From an uncultured Chroococcidiopsis sp. (GTDB lineage: Bacteria > Cyanobacteriota > Cyanobacteriia > Cyanobacteriales > Chroococcidiopsidaceae): 30,389 bases of DNA. The notes below the pieces were generated by a model, which was given only the letters and a program-made list of their open reading frames with translations, was not told the DNA's origin and ran no database searches. Numbering within the stretch: position 1 is the stretch's first letter; each line of letters begins with the position of its first letter. The DNA lies in NCBI GenBank assembly GCA_964248365.1, contig CAXTYC010000020.1:1-30389 (forward strand), in the 5' to 3' direction. Positions 18,074-27,665 of the stretch are shown in pieces. Made by a program: the position numbers and the translations under genes.

Positions 18074-19027
18074 ATGCAGGCAACAAAAGCCTTCTCTACA
18101 GCTCCTATTCCTGGCAAATATTGGCAGTGGCGTGGGCATTCCATCTACTACGTACAAGCAGGAGAGGCGCACCCACAACGTCCCCCTCTGCTATTGGTGC
18201 ATGGTTTTGGTGCTTCCACAGACCATTGGCGTAAGAATATTTCTGGACTATGTGAAGATTTTCAAGTCTTTGCGATTGATCTGTTGGGATTTGGACGATC
18301 AGCCAAACCGAAGTTGGAGTATGGTAGTGATTTGTGGCGAGATCAGCTTTATGAATTTATCACCCAAGTGATTGGTCAGCCAGCCATCTTGGCGGGTAAC
18401 TCGTTGGGAGGATATGCGTGTTTGTGTGTTGCTTCCCAGCGTCCTGATGCAGCAGCAGGTGTGGTATTACTCAATAGTGCTGGTCCTTTTAGCCAAGATC
18501 AGCCGTCGGTTGAAACCGATCCCTTACAATCAGAAGTTCAGCCAGCAAAACAGCCCGATCAGTGGCAAAAATTTATGGGTGACTCTGCTAAGTGGATTTT
18601 TCAGCAGCCTTTGGCGCGTTTTCTTTTATTCCAATATGTTCGCCAACCTTGGGTGATTCGGCAAACTCTGGAAAAAGTTTATCTTGACAAAAGTGCAATT
18701 ACAGATCAGTTAGTTGAAGAAATTTATCGCCCTTCTTGCGATCCAGGTGCAGCAGAGGTTTTTGCCTCGGTGTTTAGCACTCCCCAGGGAGAAAAAGTTG
18801 ATGTACTGCTTAAACAGTTAACTTGTCCGCTGTTACTGCTGTGGGGGGAAGGCGATCCTTGGATGAATGCAAGAGAACGATCGCCCCTTTTTCGGAAGTA
18901 CAATCCTGGGCTACAAGAATACTTCCTCCGTGCTGGGCATTGTCCCCATGATGAAGTTCCCGAACAAGTTAACCAGTTGCTGCGATCGTGGGTATTGTCT
19001 CTTCCTGCTTCGCAGCAAGCAGCATAA
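18074..19027 (+). CDS. Alpha/beta fold hydrolase
   Basis: HGFG, DLLGFGRS, GNSLGG nucleophile elbow and GHCPHDE. Confidence 0.93.
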   Translation: MQATKAFSTAPIPGKYWQWRGHSIYYVQAGEAHPQRPPLLLVHGFGASTDHWRKNISGLCEDFQVFAIDLLGFGRSAKPKLEYGSDLWRDQLYEFITQVIGQPAILAGNSLGGYACLCVASQRPDAAAGVVLLNSAGPFSQDQPSVETDPLQSEVQPAKQPDQWQKFMGDSAKWIFQQPLARFLLFQYVRQPWVIRQTLEKVYLDKSAITDQLVEEIYRPSCDPGAAEVFASVFSTPQGEKVDVLLKQLTCPLLLLWGEGDPWMNARERSPLFRKYNPGLQEYFLRAGHCPHDEVPEQVNQLLRSWVLSLPASQQAA

Positions 19028-19053
19028 AAGATAAAGGATCAAATGAGTAGTTG

Positions 19054-19241
19054 GTAGGGGCGCACTTTAAACCAGTTATTTGTTCTCTTGAAAAGTTGGG
19101 GGAAAAGAGGGGAAACCCCCTATCTAAAAACACCCCCACTTTCCGCTTGTTCACAAGTATGTCTGATAAACCCGCGCGTACGGTAGTTGGTAATTGGTAA
19201 TTGGTAGTTGGTAACACCCATTACCCATTACTTATTACCCA
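19054..19241. repeat. Composite REP-like and STRR (TTGGTAA/CCCATTA) region between convergent genes
   Basis: GTAGGGGCG... and ...AAACCCGCGCGTAC ends, followed by inverted heptamer tracts. Confidence 0.55.
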
Positions 19242-20588
19242 TTACATAGTTAAAGATTGGGCGTTCGTCTCAATCAACTTAGCCAAATCTTGTAAAAAGG
19301 CAGCAGCATGAACGCCGTAAATAATCCGGTGATCGCAGGTAATATTTACTTGCATCTGCTGCCTTACACCTAGCATACCGTCAGCTGTGGCTACGACTTG
19401 AAGACGGGCTGCCCCGATCGCTAGGATCGATCCTTGTCCTGGTGGTAAAATCGCATCAAAGCGATCTACGCCAAACATTCCCAAATTCGACAGTGTAAAC
19501 GTGCCGCTATTGTACTCTTCTGGTTGCAGCTGCTTAGCTCTGGCACGATCTACTAAAGATTTCCAATTGCGAGAGAGTGAATAAATATCTACAGAGTCGG
19601 CATTTTGCAGGACTGGCGTAATCAGTCCACCATCATCCATTGCCACCGCTACAGCAATATTAATACCAGTATGATACACAATTCCCTGCTCGGAGTAGCT
19701 GGCATTGAGTAAGGGATGCTTCTGTAAGGTTACAGCTACGGCTTTCGCCAATAGCGCCGTCATCGTCACGCCCTTCGACTTAATCTGCTTATAAAGCTTA
19801 TCCAGCGCATCCGTAGTAATCGTGTAACCTACATGATAGGTTGGCACTTGTAAGCTGGCTACCATATTCCGCACGACGGCATTTTGCAGCGTGTTCAGCG
19901 GTACAGTTTGACCTGGATGGGTGGCGACGGGGGCTGGGGCAATTTTGGGTGCTGGGGCGGATGGTGGAGGTGCGACGGGCATCATTACATATGGCTGGGG
20001 TGCTGGCATAGTTGGGGTTTGGGGTTGCTTACCCGAAGCCGCTGCTTCTACATCTTCTGCCACAATGCGACCGTGAGGACCACTGCCAGAGAGGGAACTT
20101 AAATCGACTTTGAGTTCCTTGGCTAGCTTACGGGCGCGGGGTGAAACCATAACTCGCCCATTGCCATTTGAGCCATTTTGTGATTCGACTGTAGTTTGTG
20201 ATTCGGGTAGCGCCGTTGTGGTTGAGGTAGATATAGGAACTGTAGCTGCCACATCTGCCATTTGTCCTGGGGATGTTGTAGCATTTGTAGCTGTAGGCTG
20301 GGTAGATCCATCAGTATTAGCTTTAGCCTCCGCCTCCGCGATTTCGGCTTCTGTTTCTGCTACCAAAGCGATCGCACTTCCTACAGGGGCGGTTTCACCT
20401 GCTGGCACGAGGATAGTGGCAATGTAACCCTCATAAAATGATTCCACATCCATGTCGGCTTTATCAGATTCGACCACTACTACTGTTTCGCCTTTTTCAA
20501 CTTTGTCACCAGGCGACTTAACCCAAGACACAATCTTGCCTTCGGTCATTGTGGAACTAAGAGCGGGCATGAAGACTTCGTGAATCAT
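19242..20588 (-). CDS. pdhC: Pyruvate dehydrogenase E2, dihydrolipoamide acetyltransferase
   Basis: Lipoyl domain ESDKA, E3-binding SPRARKLA and catalytic DHRIIYG. Confidence 0.96.
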   Translation of the reverse strand: MIHEVFMPALSSTMTEGKIVSWVKSPGDKVEKGETVVVVESDKADMDVESFYEGYIATILVPAGETAPVGSAIALVAETEAEIAEAEAKANTDGSTQPTATNATTSPGQMADVAATVPISTSTTTALPESQTTVESQNGSNGNGRVMVSPRARKLAKELKVDLSSLSGSGPHGRIVAEDVEAAASGKQPQTPTMPAPQPYVMMPVAPPPSAPAPKIAPAPVATHPGQTVPLNTLQNAVVRNMVASLQVPTYHVGYTITTDALDKLYKQIKSKGVTMTALLAKAVAVTLQKHPLLNASYSEQGIVYHTGINIAVAVAMDDGGLITPVLQNADSVDIYSLSRNWKSLVDRARAKQLQPEEYNSGTFTLSNLGMFGVDRFDAILPPGQGSILAIGAARLQVVATADGMLGVRQQMQVNITCDHRIIYGVHAAAFLQDLAKLIETNAQSLTM

Positions 20589-20680
20589 CTCGTGGTGTCC
20601 TGTAGCAGCGATCGATCAATTTTTAGCATCAAGCCAATTTGATATTTTATCCTGATGTGGGGAATAAGGAGTAGGGAAAT

Positions 20681-20714
20681 CAGTTACCAGTTACCAGTTA
20701 CCAGTTACCAGTTA
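20681..20714. repeat. STRR heptamer tract (CAGTTAC)
   Basis: About five tandem copies. Confidence 0.85.
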
Positions 20715-20833
20715 AGAAGTTAACAGTTAATCAGTTATCTGTTAATCTATCAACTATCATCTGTTACCTGATCGCTGATTACTGGTCACTGGTTAGTGTT
20801 AATCTAGCCCCTGCGCCTTTGCCGACCGCCTCT

Positions 20834-21283
20834 CTAAATGTCGCCGCGAATTTCTTCGACGATGCCATCGCGCAGCAGAATTTCAACTTGTAGTTTTTCA
20901 ATCAGGTTGTCGCCTGGTTGGACTGTAAAAATGCCTTCTAGCTGAAATTGAGTGACTTCCTGGTTAAACTCTAATAGCTGTACTTGCTGGAGGTTTTGCA
21001 GATTTTGATTTTTTTGTTCTAGCAGTTCACTTTTCTTTTGATTTACCTGAATTTGAATACTTTCAATTTGTTCGCGGGTTTGAGGTCCTGGGGGTTGCAG
21101 ACTTTGTTTTTGAATTTCTGCGATCGCTCTTTGCCCTTGAATTTCCAATTGTTGCAATTGACTATCAATAGCATTGATTTGAGCTTGGAGTTGCTGCTGA
21201 ACCTCGTCTTTCCAGCGGGGAGTAACAATTGCTTTAACGTTAACGGGTCGCTTTAACAGCATTTGATTGTTGGAGATATCCAT
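20834..21283 (-). CDS. YlqD family protein
   Basis: KRPVNVKAIVT, a long coiled coil and EILLRDGIVEEIR; lies downstream of aas. Confidence 0.88.
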   Translation of the reverse strand: MDISNNQMLLKRPVNVKAIVTPRWKDEVQQQLQAQINAIDSQLQQLEIQGQRAIAEIQKQSLQPPGPQTREQIESIQIQVNQKKSELLEQKNQNLQNLQQVQLLEFNQEVTQFQLEGIFTVQPGDNLIEKLQVEILLRDGIVEEIRGDI

Positions 21284-21330
21284 AAATATGCTCGAAGTTC
21301 GCTTTGTTGAATTTGAGATTGAGGATGGAA

Positions 21331-23358
21331 TTAGTCAAACATCCCGTCGATCATATCGTGATAGCGTTCCATCACAACGGGTCGCCGAATTTTCAGCGTC
21401 TGTGTCAGCATGGCATTTTCAATGGAAAACGGCTCTAAAATCAATTTAAATGGACCAATGCGATCGTCAGGACGATAACCTGGACGATTTTTGACTTCCC
21501 TTGTCAATTCTTGCCGAAATAAATCTTGAACCACTGAACTATCAAGGTCAATTGAGGGATGAGGGGTGAGCTTAGAGGGGTGAGGGGTAGGTATGATTTC
21601 TCCTCTGCTCCCCTGCTCCCCTGCACCATAGCCTCCCTCTTCGGGTATACTTAAACGCAAATCGAGAGAGGCTGCCCATTTTTCCAGTTCCTCCAGATTG
21701 GGGACGATCAAAGCACCAAGCGATCGCTGATCTTGTCCTACCAGCATAATTTGGTCAATATATGGACTACGTAAACAGGCATCTTCAATTGGCTGTGGCT
21801 CGATATTTTCCCCATTGCTCAGCACAATTGTATCTTTCGCTCGTCCTGTCAGCACTAAATCATTTTCAGGTGTCACCAAACCTAAATCACCTGAATCAAA
21901 CCAGCCTTCGGCATCAATTGCTTTAGCCGTAGCTTCAGGGTTTTGATAATATCCCTGCATTACCTGTGGTCCTCGTATTAAAACTAGACCTCGCTGCATA
22001 GTAGGTAAAGGCTTTCGAGTTTCTGGATCAACAATTTGAATTTCTGTACCAGCAAGCGGTAGTCCAGACGAACCACGCACATTGCGTTCAATTCGACGAG
22101 CATTTGTCACGGGTGAAGTCTCTGTTAAACCATATCCCACTAGGATTTGAACGCCCACGATCTCAAAGAAGTCTTCTAGATGCATACTCAGAGATCCGCC
22201 ACCGCTAATAACTTGCTTTATTTCACCACCAGTCGCTTCCCGCACTTGTTTATATACCAATTTGTCTGCCAAAGTATGAATAGGTGCTAGGGCTGCTGTT
22301 TTGATTTGGGCTATTAGACGTTGGGGTAGGGAAGGATACAGATTATTCAAAGCCAATCCTTGGACAATCCGACGCGCTTCAATGTAGCGTTGACTAGTAG
22401 CTAATAAGGATTTAATTAAACGCTGCTTGTTGGGTGGCTGTTCGCGGAACTGCTTTTGCACTCCTTCGTAAATTGATTCCCACAGTCGAGGTACACCGAT
22501 CATGTAGTTCGGTTTAAATTCTTTCAGATCTGGCTTAACGTAGCGGATGTTGGTATAAATCTGAGTGCAACCTTGAGAGAGAAGGAAATACTCGATGCTA
22601 CGTTCGTAACTGTGCCAAATTGGTAGGATACTCAGAACGCGATCGCTCTTTTGTGGTTGGACGATCGCACCCAAAGTCCGAACTTGGTGTAGCAAGTTCC
22701 CATGACTCAACATCACTCCTTTGGGTTTACCAGTTGTCCCAGAAGTGTACATCAACGTTGCCAGTGTTTCCTGGTTTTGAGTCACTGGTTGTATTTGGTT
22801 TTCTCCCATCGTCATTAGCTGATGGAAGTTAAGGATTTTTAGGTTTTCGCTTTGTGGTATATCTTCATCCGACAATAATATTACCAGCCGAATTGGTAGA
22901 GATTTGAGGCGATCGCCCAGTTTATTCAGACTCTTGCTATCTTCTATCACCAAGGCTGTACTACCGCTATTTTCCAAGATAAACAGCAGTTCTTCTCGCT
23001 CTGCTGAGGCGCTACGTACAACATCAACTGAGCCAGCCGTCATAATGCCCTGATCTGCAATTAGCCATCGGGGGCTATTATCAGCAAATAGGGCAACGCG
23101 ATCTCCCCTTTTAACTCCTAACGCCTGCAAAGAAGCAGCAAAGATTTGAATCGAGTCATATAGCTGGGTATAAGTTAAAACGGAGTCTGGCTGGGCGTGA
23201 GGATCTTTCAGGGCAACAGTTTCTCCGAATCTTGAAGAGGCGATCGCCCAGATTTCTGGTATAGATTGCACTGCGGTATAATCTACCAAGCGCTGCAATT
23301 TCAGGCGCTCTTGCTGGGTGAAGTTGATCATATTGAAGTGAGGGCGGTTTTGCAACAT
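21331..23358 (-). CDS. aas: Long-chain acyl-ACP/acyl-CoA synthetase
   Basis: YTSGTTGKPKG, GYGLTET, FDSGD and GRAKDTIVLSNGENIEP motifs. Confidence 0.9.
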   Translation of the reverse strand: MLQNRPHFNMINFTQQERLKLQRLVDYTAVQSIPEIWAIASSRFGETVALKDPHAQPDSVLTYTQLYDSIQIFAASLQALGVKRGDRVALFADNSPRWLIADQGIMTAGSVDVVRSASAEREELLFILENSGSTALVIEDSKSLNKLGDRLKSLPIRLVILLSDEDIPQSENLKILNFHQLMTMGENQIQPVTQNQETLATLMYTSGTTGKPKGVMLSHGNLLHQVRTLGAIVQPQKSDRVLSILPIWHSYERSIEYFLLSQGCTQIYTNIRYVKPDLKEFKPNYMIGVPRLWESIYEGVQKQFREQPPNKQRLIKSLLATSQRYIEARRIVQGLALNNLYPSLPQRLIAQIKTAALAPIHTLADKLVYKQVREATGGEIKQVISGGGSLSMHLEDFFEIVGVQILVGYGLTETSPVTNARRIERNVRGSSGLPLAGTEIQIVDPETRKPLPTMQRGLVLIRGPQVMQGYYQNPEATAKAIDAEGWFDSGDLGLVTPENDLVLTGRAKDTIVLSNGENIEPQPIEDACLRSPYIDQIMLVGQDQRSLGALIVPNLEELEKWAASLDLRLSIPEEGGYGAGEQGSRGEIIPTPHPSKLTPHPSIDLDSSVVQDLFRQELTREVKNRPGYRPDDRIGPFKLILEPFSIENAMLTQTLKIRRPVVMERYHDMIDGMFD

Positions 23359-23543
23359 AACTCAATTGCCAGATAAAGTCTACTGGCTCTTGTTTACAAC
23401 TTACCGCTTATAAGAGGCTAGAGGCTAGAGGCTGGGGGCTAGAAGAAAGCTGAGGAGGCAAAAGGAGGCAAAAGGAAGCTGAGGGGGTAAGAGGCTTTTC
23501 TCACGGGACTCACGGGCCTCCCCTGCTCTTTTAAACGCCCTAA

Positions 23544-25259
23544 TTAAAAATCAAAGCTAGTGCGGAGAACTCCTACATATTGAGTGTCGTTCCTAGCATC
23601 ATTCTCTGGATTAAACACTACCCAAAAACCAGGAGTAATAGAAATATTGTCATTTACTTGGAAGCGGTAGAAAGTCTCAACATGATATGAGGTATTGCGA
23701 TCCTCGCGCACATCGCTGCTAGTTACTTTTGGTGGTAAACCTACCAAAATTCCTGGTAAATTCCCTTTCCCCCCCACATCAGGAAAAGTTAGACCTAACG
23801 CAGCGTACCATATATCTGCACTGCTACCATCACTCACATTGCTAGCAATGGTTCCACCTCTGCCATCAGAAATTAGACTTGTTCGAGAACCGTGAGCATT
23901 GGCGTTGATATATCCTGCCCAGCCGTGAATGTTAAAATGCTCACTCACCCGATAATAACCTTGTATCGCATACAAATCACTGGATGTGGCGATATTATCA
24001 CCAAAAGGCTGGATAGCTAGAATACTGCCCGTACTCCCCGTCAGATTAGTCTGATCTTTGGGTGCATAACCGCGAGAATATGCTACACCGATCGCCCCCC
24101 AATCGCCATAATAGGCAAGCTGAGCTAAAGCATTATATAAACCATTAAACAAACCATTGCCTTCGGTTATGTCATAAGGTCTACCTGCCAGATAACCTAA
24201 TGTCAGAATCAGGTTTTCTTGAATATTCCAATTAACCGCAGCACCTCCACCACCCCGCCGATACAAAGGACTATATTCGCCAAACAGAGACGGAATACCT
24301 CTACTATCATCCGCCACAGTTGGGGGTGTAAGTGTATCTGTAATATCAGTATATCCAAGCCCTACTGGACCTACAGTAAAGGTGACGGCGGGACTTACTG
24401 GGAAGCGATATAGTATGTGCGGCACTTGCACACTGCTGTTGGTGTTGATTTCAAAGTTCAGCCGCGTCATATCTGTGCCTGTCACATCCCTAGTTACACC
24501 AAAATTCCCTGTTTCCAAACGAGTTCTGAGCAAGTCTTTACCTGTAAAACTTGTTTCAAAATTGAGACGAGTACGGTAAGCGAATATGGCGTTTGATTCG
24601 TCGGCATTTCCCCCCACCCGTGAGCCAAATGTATCTGTAACTGCTGTAATCATCTGAGCATTGAGCTTGGTAGTGGTAGAGAATTGATTTGCTTCTAATT
24701 CGGCACTCTGAGCTGACAAGCTATCAACCCTCCCGCGTAATGTAGAAAGTTCAGAGGCAAATTCATCTTGCAATCTTTGCAAAACAGCTAAGTCTTCTTT
24801 TGCAATTACATTCGCATTTCCTGCTGCCACTAATTCGTTAATTCGGTTTAAAGCAGCATTCAAGCCAGCCGCAAATTCATAGCGAGTAATTGCCCTATTA
24901 CCACGAAATGTCCCATCAGGATAACCAGCAATTACACCAGATCGCTCTACCAAAGACTGTAATGCAAGAAAAGCCCAATCAGTTGGCTGCACGTCTGATA
25001 ACTGGGAAACCGAAGTGACTTGTGCCATGCTACTTACTGGCGTTTCTGAATTTGTAGTTGTAGCATAATTATCTGCCAACAATTTTTCAGATGATTCTAG
25101 AATTGGATTTAATTTTTGTTCTGAATTATTCCAAACCTTATCTTCCGCCCCCCGCTCTAATTTCTCATATCCGTCAGCAGGGGCTGGGAGAAATTGAATT
25201 AAATTAGCTACCAAACTGACTGAAATAAATAGCTTCACACACCACAAAAATTTTGCCAT
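23544..25259 (-). CDS. Cyanobacterial SLH-domain/OprB-family outer membrane porin
   Basis: QVTSVSQLSDVQPTDWAF SLH domain, coiled coil, QFSTTTKL barrel start and terminal Phe. Confidence 0.92.
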   Translation of the reverse strand: MAKFLWCVKLFISVSLVANLIQFLPAPADGYEKLERGAEDKVWNNSEQKLNPILESSEKLLADNYATTTNSETPVSSMAQVTSVSQLSDVQPTDWAFLALQSLVERSGVIAGYPDGTFRGNRAITRYEFAAGLNAALNRINELVAAGNANVIAKEDLAVLQRLQDEFASELSTLRGRVDSLSAQSAELEANQFSTTTKLNAQMITAVTDTFGSRVGGNADESNAIFAYRTRLNFETSFTGKDLLRTRLETGNFGVTRDVTGTDMTRLNFEINTNSSVQVPHILYRFPVSPAVTFTVGPVGLGYTDITDTLTPPTVADDSRGIPSLFGEYSPLYRRGGGGAAVNWNIQENLILTLGYLAGRPYDITEGNGLFNGLYNALAQLAYYGDWGAIGVAYSRGYAPKDQTNLTGSTGSILAIQPFGDNIATSSDLYAIQGYYRVSEHFNIHGWAGYINANAHGSRTSLISDGRGGTIASNVSDGSSADIWYAALGLTFPDVGGKGNLPGILVGLPPKVTSSDVREDRNTSYHVETFYRFQVNDNISITPGFWVVFNPENDARNDTQYVGVLRTSFDF

Positions 25260-25796
25260 TCGTCCACCGCTCAACTCTATTTTATACTTGTGTTAAAAAA
25301 TATTGAATACGAAATTATTATTGAATAACTTTGTGTCGATTTATAAGTTTTTCTCTTTCCACAACTAAATTCATCTATTTGAGATACTTTTAATATAAAA
25401 AATCAAAACTGGTAATATATATATGTCAAAAGAGTGAAGTTAACTTGATAAAACTTAATAATTTAACTAGCATTTTTGTCTCTAGGTTCAAAAAATAAGA
25501 AATACCAAACTTCTAACTTAAGAGTGATAAAAATAGGATTATTTTTGGTTTTCACTTATAAATAGAACCTAGTGCCGCCTGGTAGATATAAGCACTAGTC
25601 TCAACGATAAAAATAGGAAAAAAGGACACTTACCTATTTATTTGAGAGTAGTGGTTAGCAATAAAGTCGGTTTAGCCGAACAAGTACTTATTTGAATATA
25701 AGTATGTTTGGTAAATCACGGGCGGGTATAGGGACAACTAAAAATTACAAATGGACCTTTAACTAAAACGTTTTTTTCCGACAAACAAATATAATC

Positions 25797-27194
25797 ATGA
25801 CCACCACTACTCGTCGTAAAACCAACACTTTCTATGTCATCCTGATTGCTGGTGCTGCTGCATTGGGCGGCTTTTTATTCGGTTTTGACACTGCAGTAAT
25901 CAACGGCGCGGTTGCAGCTCTTTCGAAAGCCTTTAACGCCAACAGCGTACTGACTGGGCTTGCAGTGTCCTTGGCATTGCTGGGATCTGCGCTAGGAGCC
26001 TTCTATGCAGGGAAGATCGCAGACCGTTATGGTCGAGTCAAGGCAATGGTGGCAGCTTCCGTTTTGTTTACCATCAGTGGTATTGGCTCAGGAATTGCCT
26101 TCACTATCTGGGATTTTATCTTTTGGCGGGTATTAGGTGGGATTGCAGTCGGCGTTGCTAGCGTGATTGCGCCTGCTTACATTGCCGAGTGTTCTCCCGC
26201 TCATTTACGGGGAAGGCTAGGCTCTCTCCAGCAACTAGCGATTGTAGTTGGTATTTTCATTGCACTGCTATGCGATTACTTTATCGCTGTGTCAGCGGGT
26301 TCAGCCGAGTCGCCGTTTTTGTTTGGAATTGCTGCTTGGCGCTGGATGTTTTGGACAGAAATTCCTCCAGCTGTACTCTACGGGATGTCAGCTTTAATGA
26401 TTCCCGAATCACCCCGGTACTTAGTTGCCCAAAAACGGGAGGCAGAAGCTGCTAAGGTTCTGACCAAGGTTTTGGGTGGTAATGTACTGGCAAAAATTGA
26501 AGAAATTCGGCAAACAGTGCTTCAAGAGCGCGAACCCAGATTTTCTGACCTATACGCCAGAAGTGGCGGACTCCTCCCCATTGTTTGGATAGGAATGGGC
26601 TTATCTGTATTGCAGCAATTTGTTGGTATTAATGTAATCTTTTACTACAGCAGCATTTTGTGGCGGGCAGTTGGATTCTCGGAACAAAACTCGCTATGGA
26701 TTACTGTGATTACGGGTGGCGTAAACATTATTACCACGCTGATTGCGATCGCCTTTGTGGATAAGTTTGGACGCAAGCCTCTGCTTGTTTTAGGGTCAAT
26801 CGGCATGACCGTAACATTAGGGACGCTGGCTGCTATTTTTGGCAGTGCTCCGCTAGATGCTGCTGGCAATCCTACGCTGAGCGGCTCTAGTGGCATTGTG
26901 GCTCTTGTAGCAGCCAATCTGTATGTATTTTGCTTCGGTTTCTCCTGGGGTCCAGTGGTATGGGTGATGTTGGGAGAAATGTTCAATAATAGAATTCGCG
27001 CTGCTGCACTTGCGATCGCTGCTGCGGTGCAATGGATTGCGAATTTTATTGTATCCACCTCATTTCCTCCCCTACTTCAATATTTCGGATTGGGGGAAGC
27101 CTACGGTATTTATACAACTGCCGCAGCTATCTCGTTCTTTTTCGTCCTCTTTTTGCTCAAGGAAACCAAAGGCATTGAGTTAGAAGATATGTAG
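25797..27194 (+). CDS. glcP: MFS sugar porter, glucose permease
   Basis: GFLFGFDTAVING, DRYGR, PESPRYL, QQFVGINVIFYY, DKFGRK and ETKG motifs. Confidence 0.9.
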   Translation: MTTTTRRKTNTFYVILIAGAAALGGFLFGFDTAVINGAVAALSKAFNANSVLTGLAVSLALLGSALGAFYAGKIADRYGRVKAMVAASVLFTISGIGSGIAFTIWDFIFWRVLGGIAVGVASVIAPAYIAECSPAHLRGRLGSLQQLAIVVGIFIALLCDYFIAVSAGSAESPFLFGIAAWRWMFWTEIPPAVLYGMSALMIPESPRYLVAQKREAEAAKVLTKVLGGNVLAKIEEIRQTVLQEREPRFSDLYARSGGLLPIVWIGMGLSVLQQFVGINVIFYYSSILWRAVGFSEQNSLWITVITGGVNIITTLIAIAFVDKFGRKPLLVLGSIGMTVTLGTLAAIFGSAPLDAAGNPTLSGSSGIVALVAANLYVFCFGFSWGPVVWVMLGEMFNNRIRAAALAIAAAVQWIANFIVSTSFPPLLQYFGLGEAYGIYTTAAAISFFFVLFLLKETKGIELEDM

Positions 27195-27211
27195 GAGGTC
27201 TTCTTGATAGC

Positions 27212-27236
27212 GTAGGGTGGGCAATGCCCACCTCAC
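27212..27236. repeat. GTAG-type REP-like hairpin downstream of glcP
   Basis: GTAG-GGTGGGCA-A-TGCCCACC. Confidence 0.7.
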
Positions 27237-27665
27237 ATATATGTTTCAAAAAATTTAATTACCCTCCTCGTTCCCAGGCTCAGTCTATGAACAAAAAATG
27301 AGGTTAACAAAAGTATAATACTTTTAACAATTTTTAATAAAATTCAAATTAATTAATTTAGCTTATGTAAGCCAAAAGTAACTCAAAACTATAAAACTAG
27401 TCCATTTAATTAATTTTGCTTCAAACTAAATAAATATACAAAAAGCACGAGCAACGATCTTAGATTTTTTAAGAGGCAAATATAAATATGAACTTTATCG
27501 ATTGTCTGTTGCTGACACTTGCTAACATGGCGATTTGCATCACCCTGCCTAAGTTGCTGTCTTTGATTGTGGCTCCTAAGAATAATACTTTTGAGCAATT
27601 ACAGTCGGGGCTAAACCGCCAAGCATCTGAATCTAAAACACCTAGTTTTCCTTATTAACAACTGG

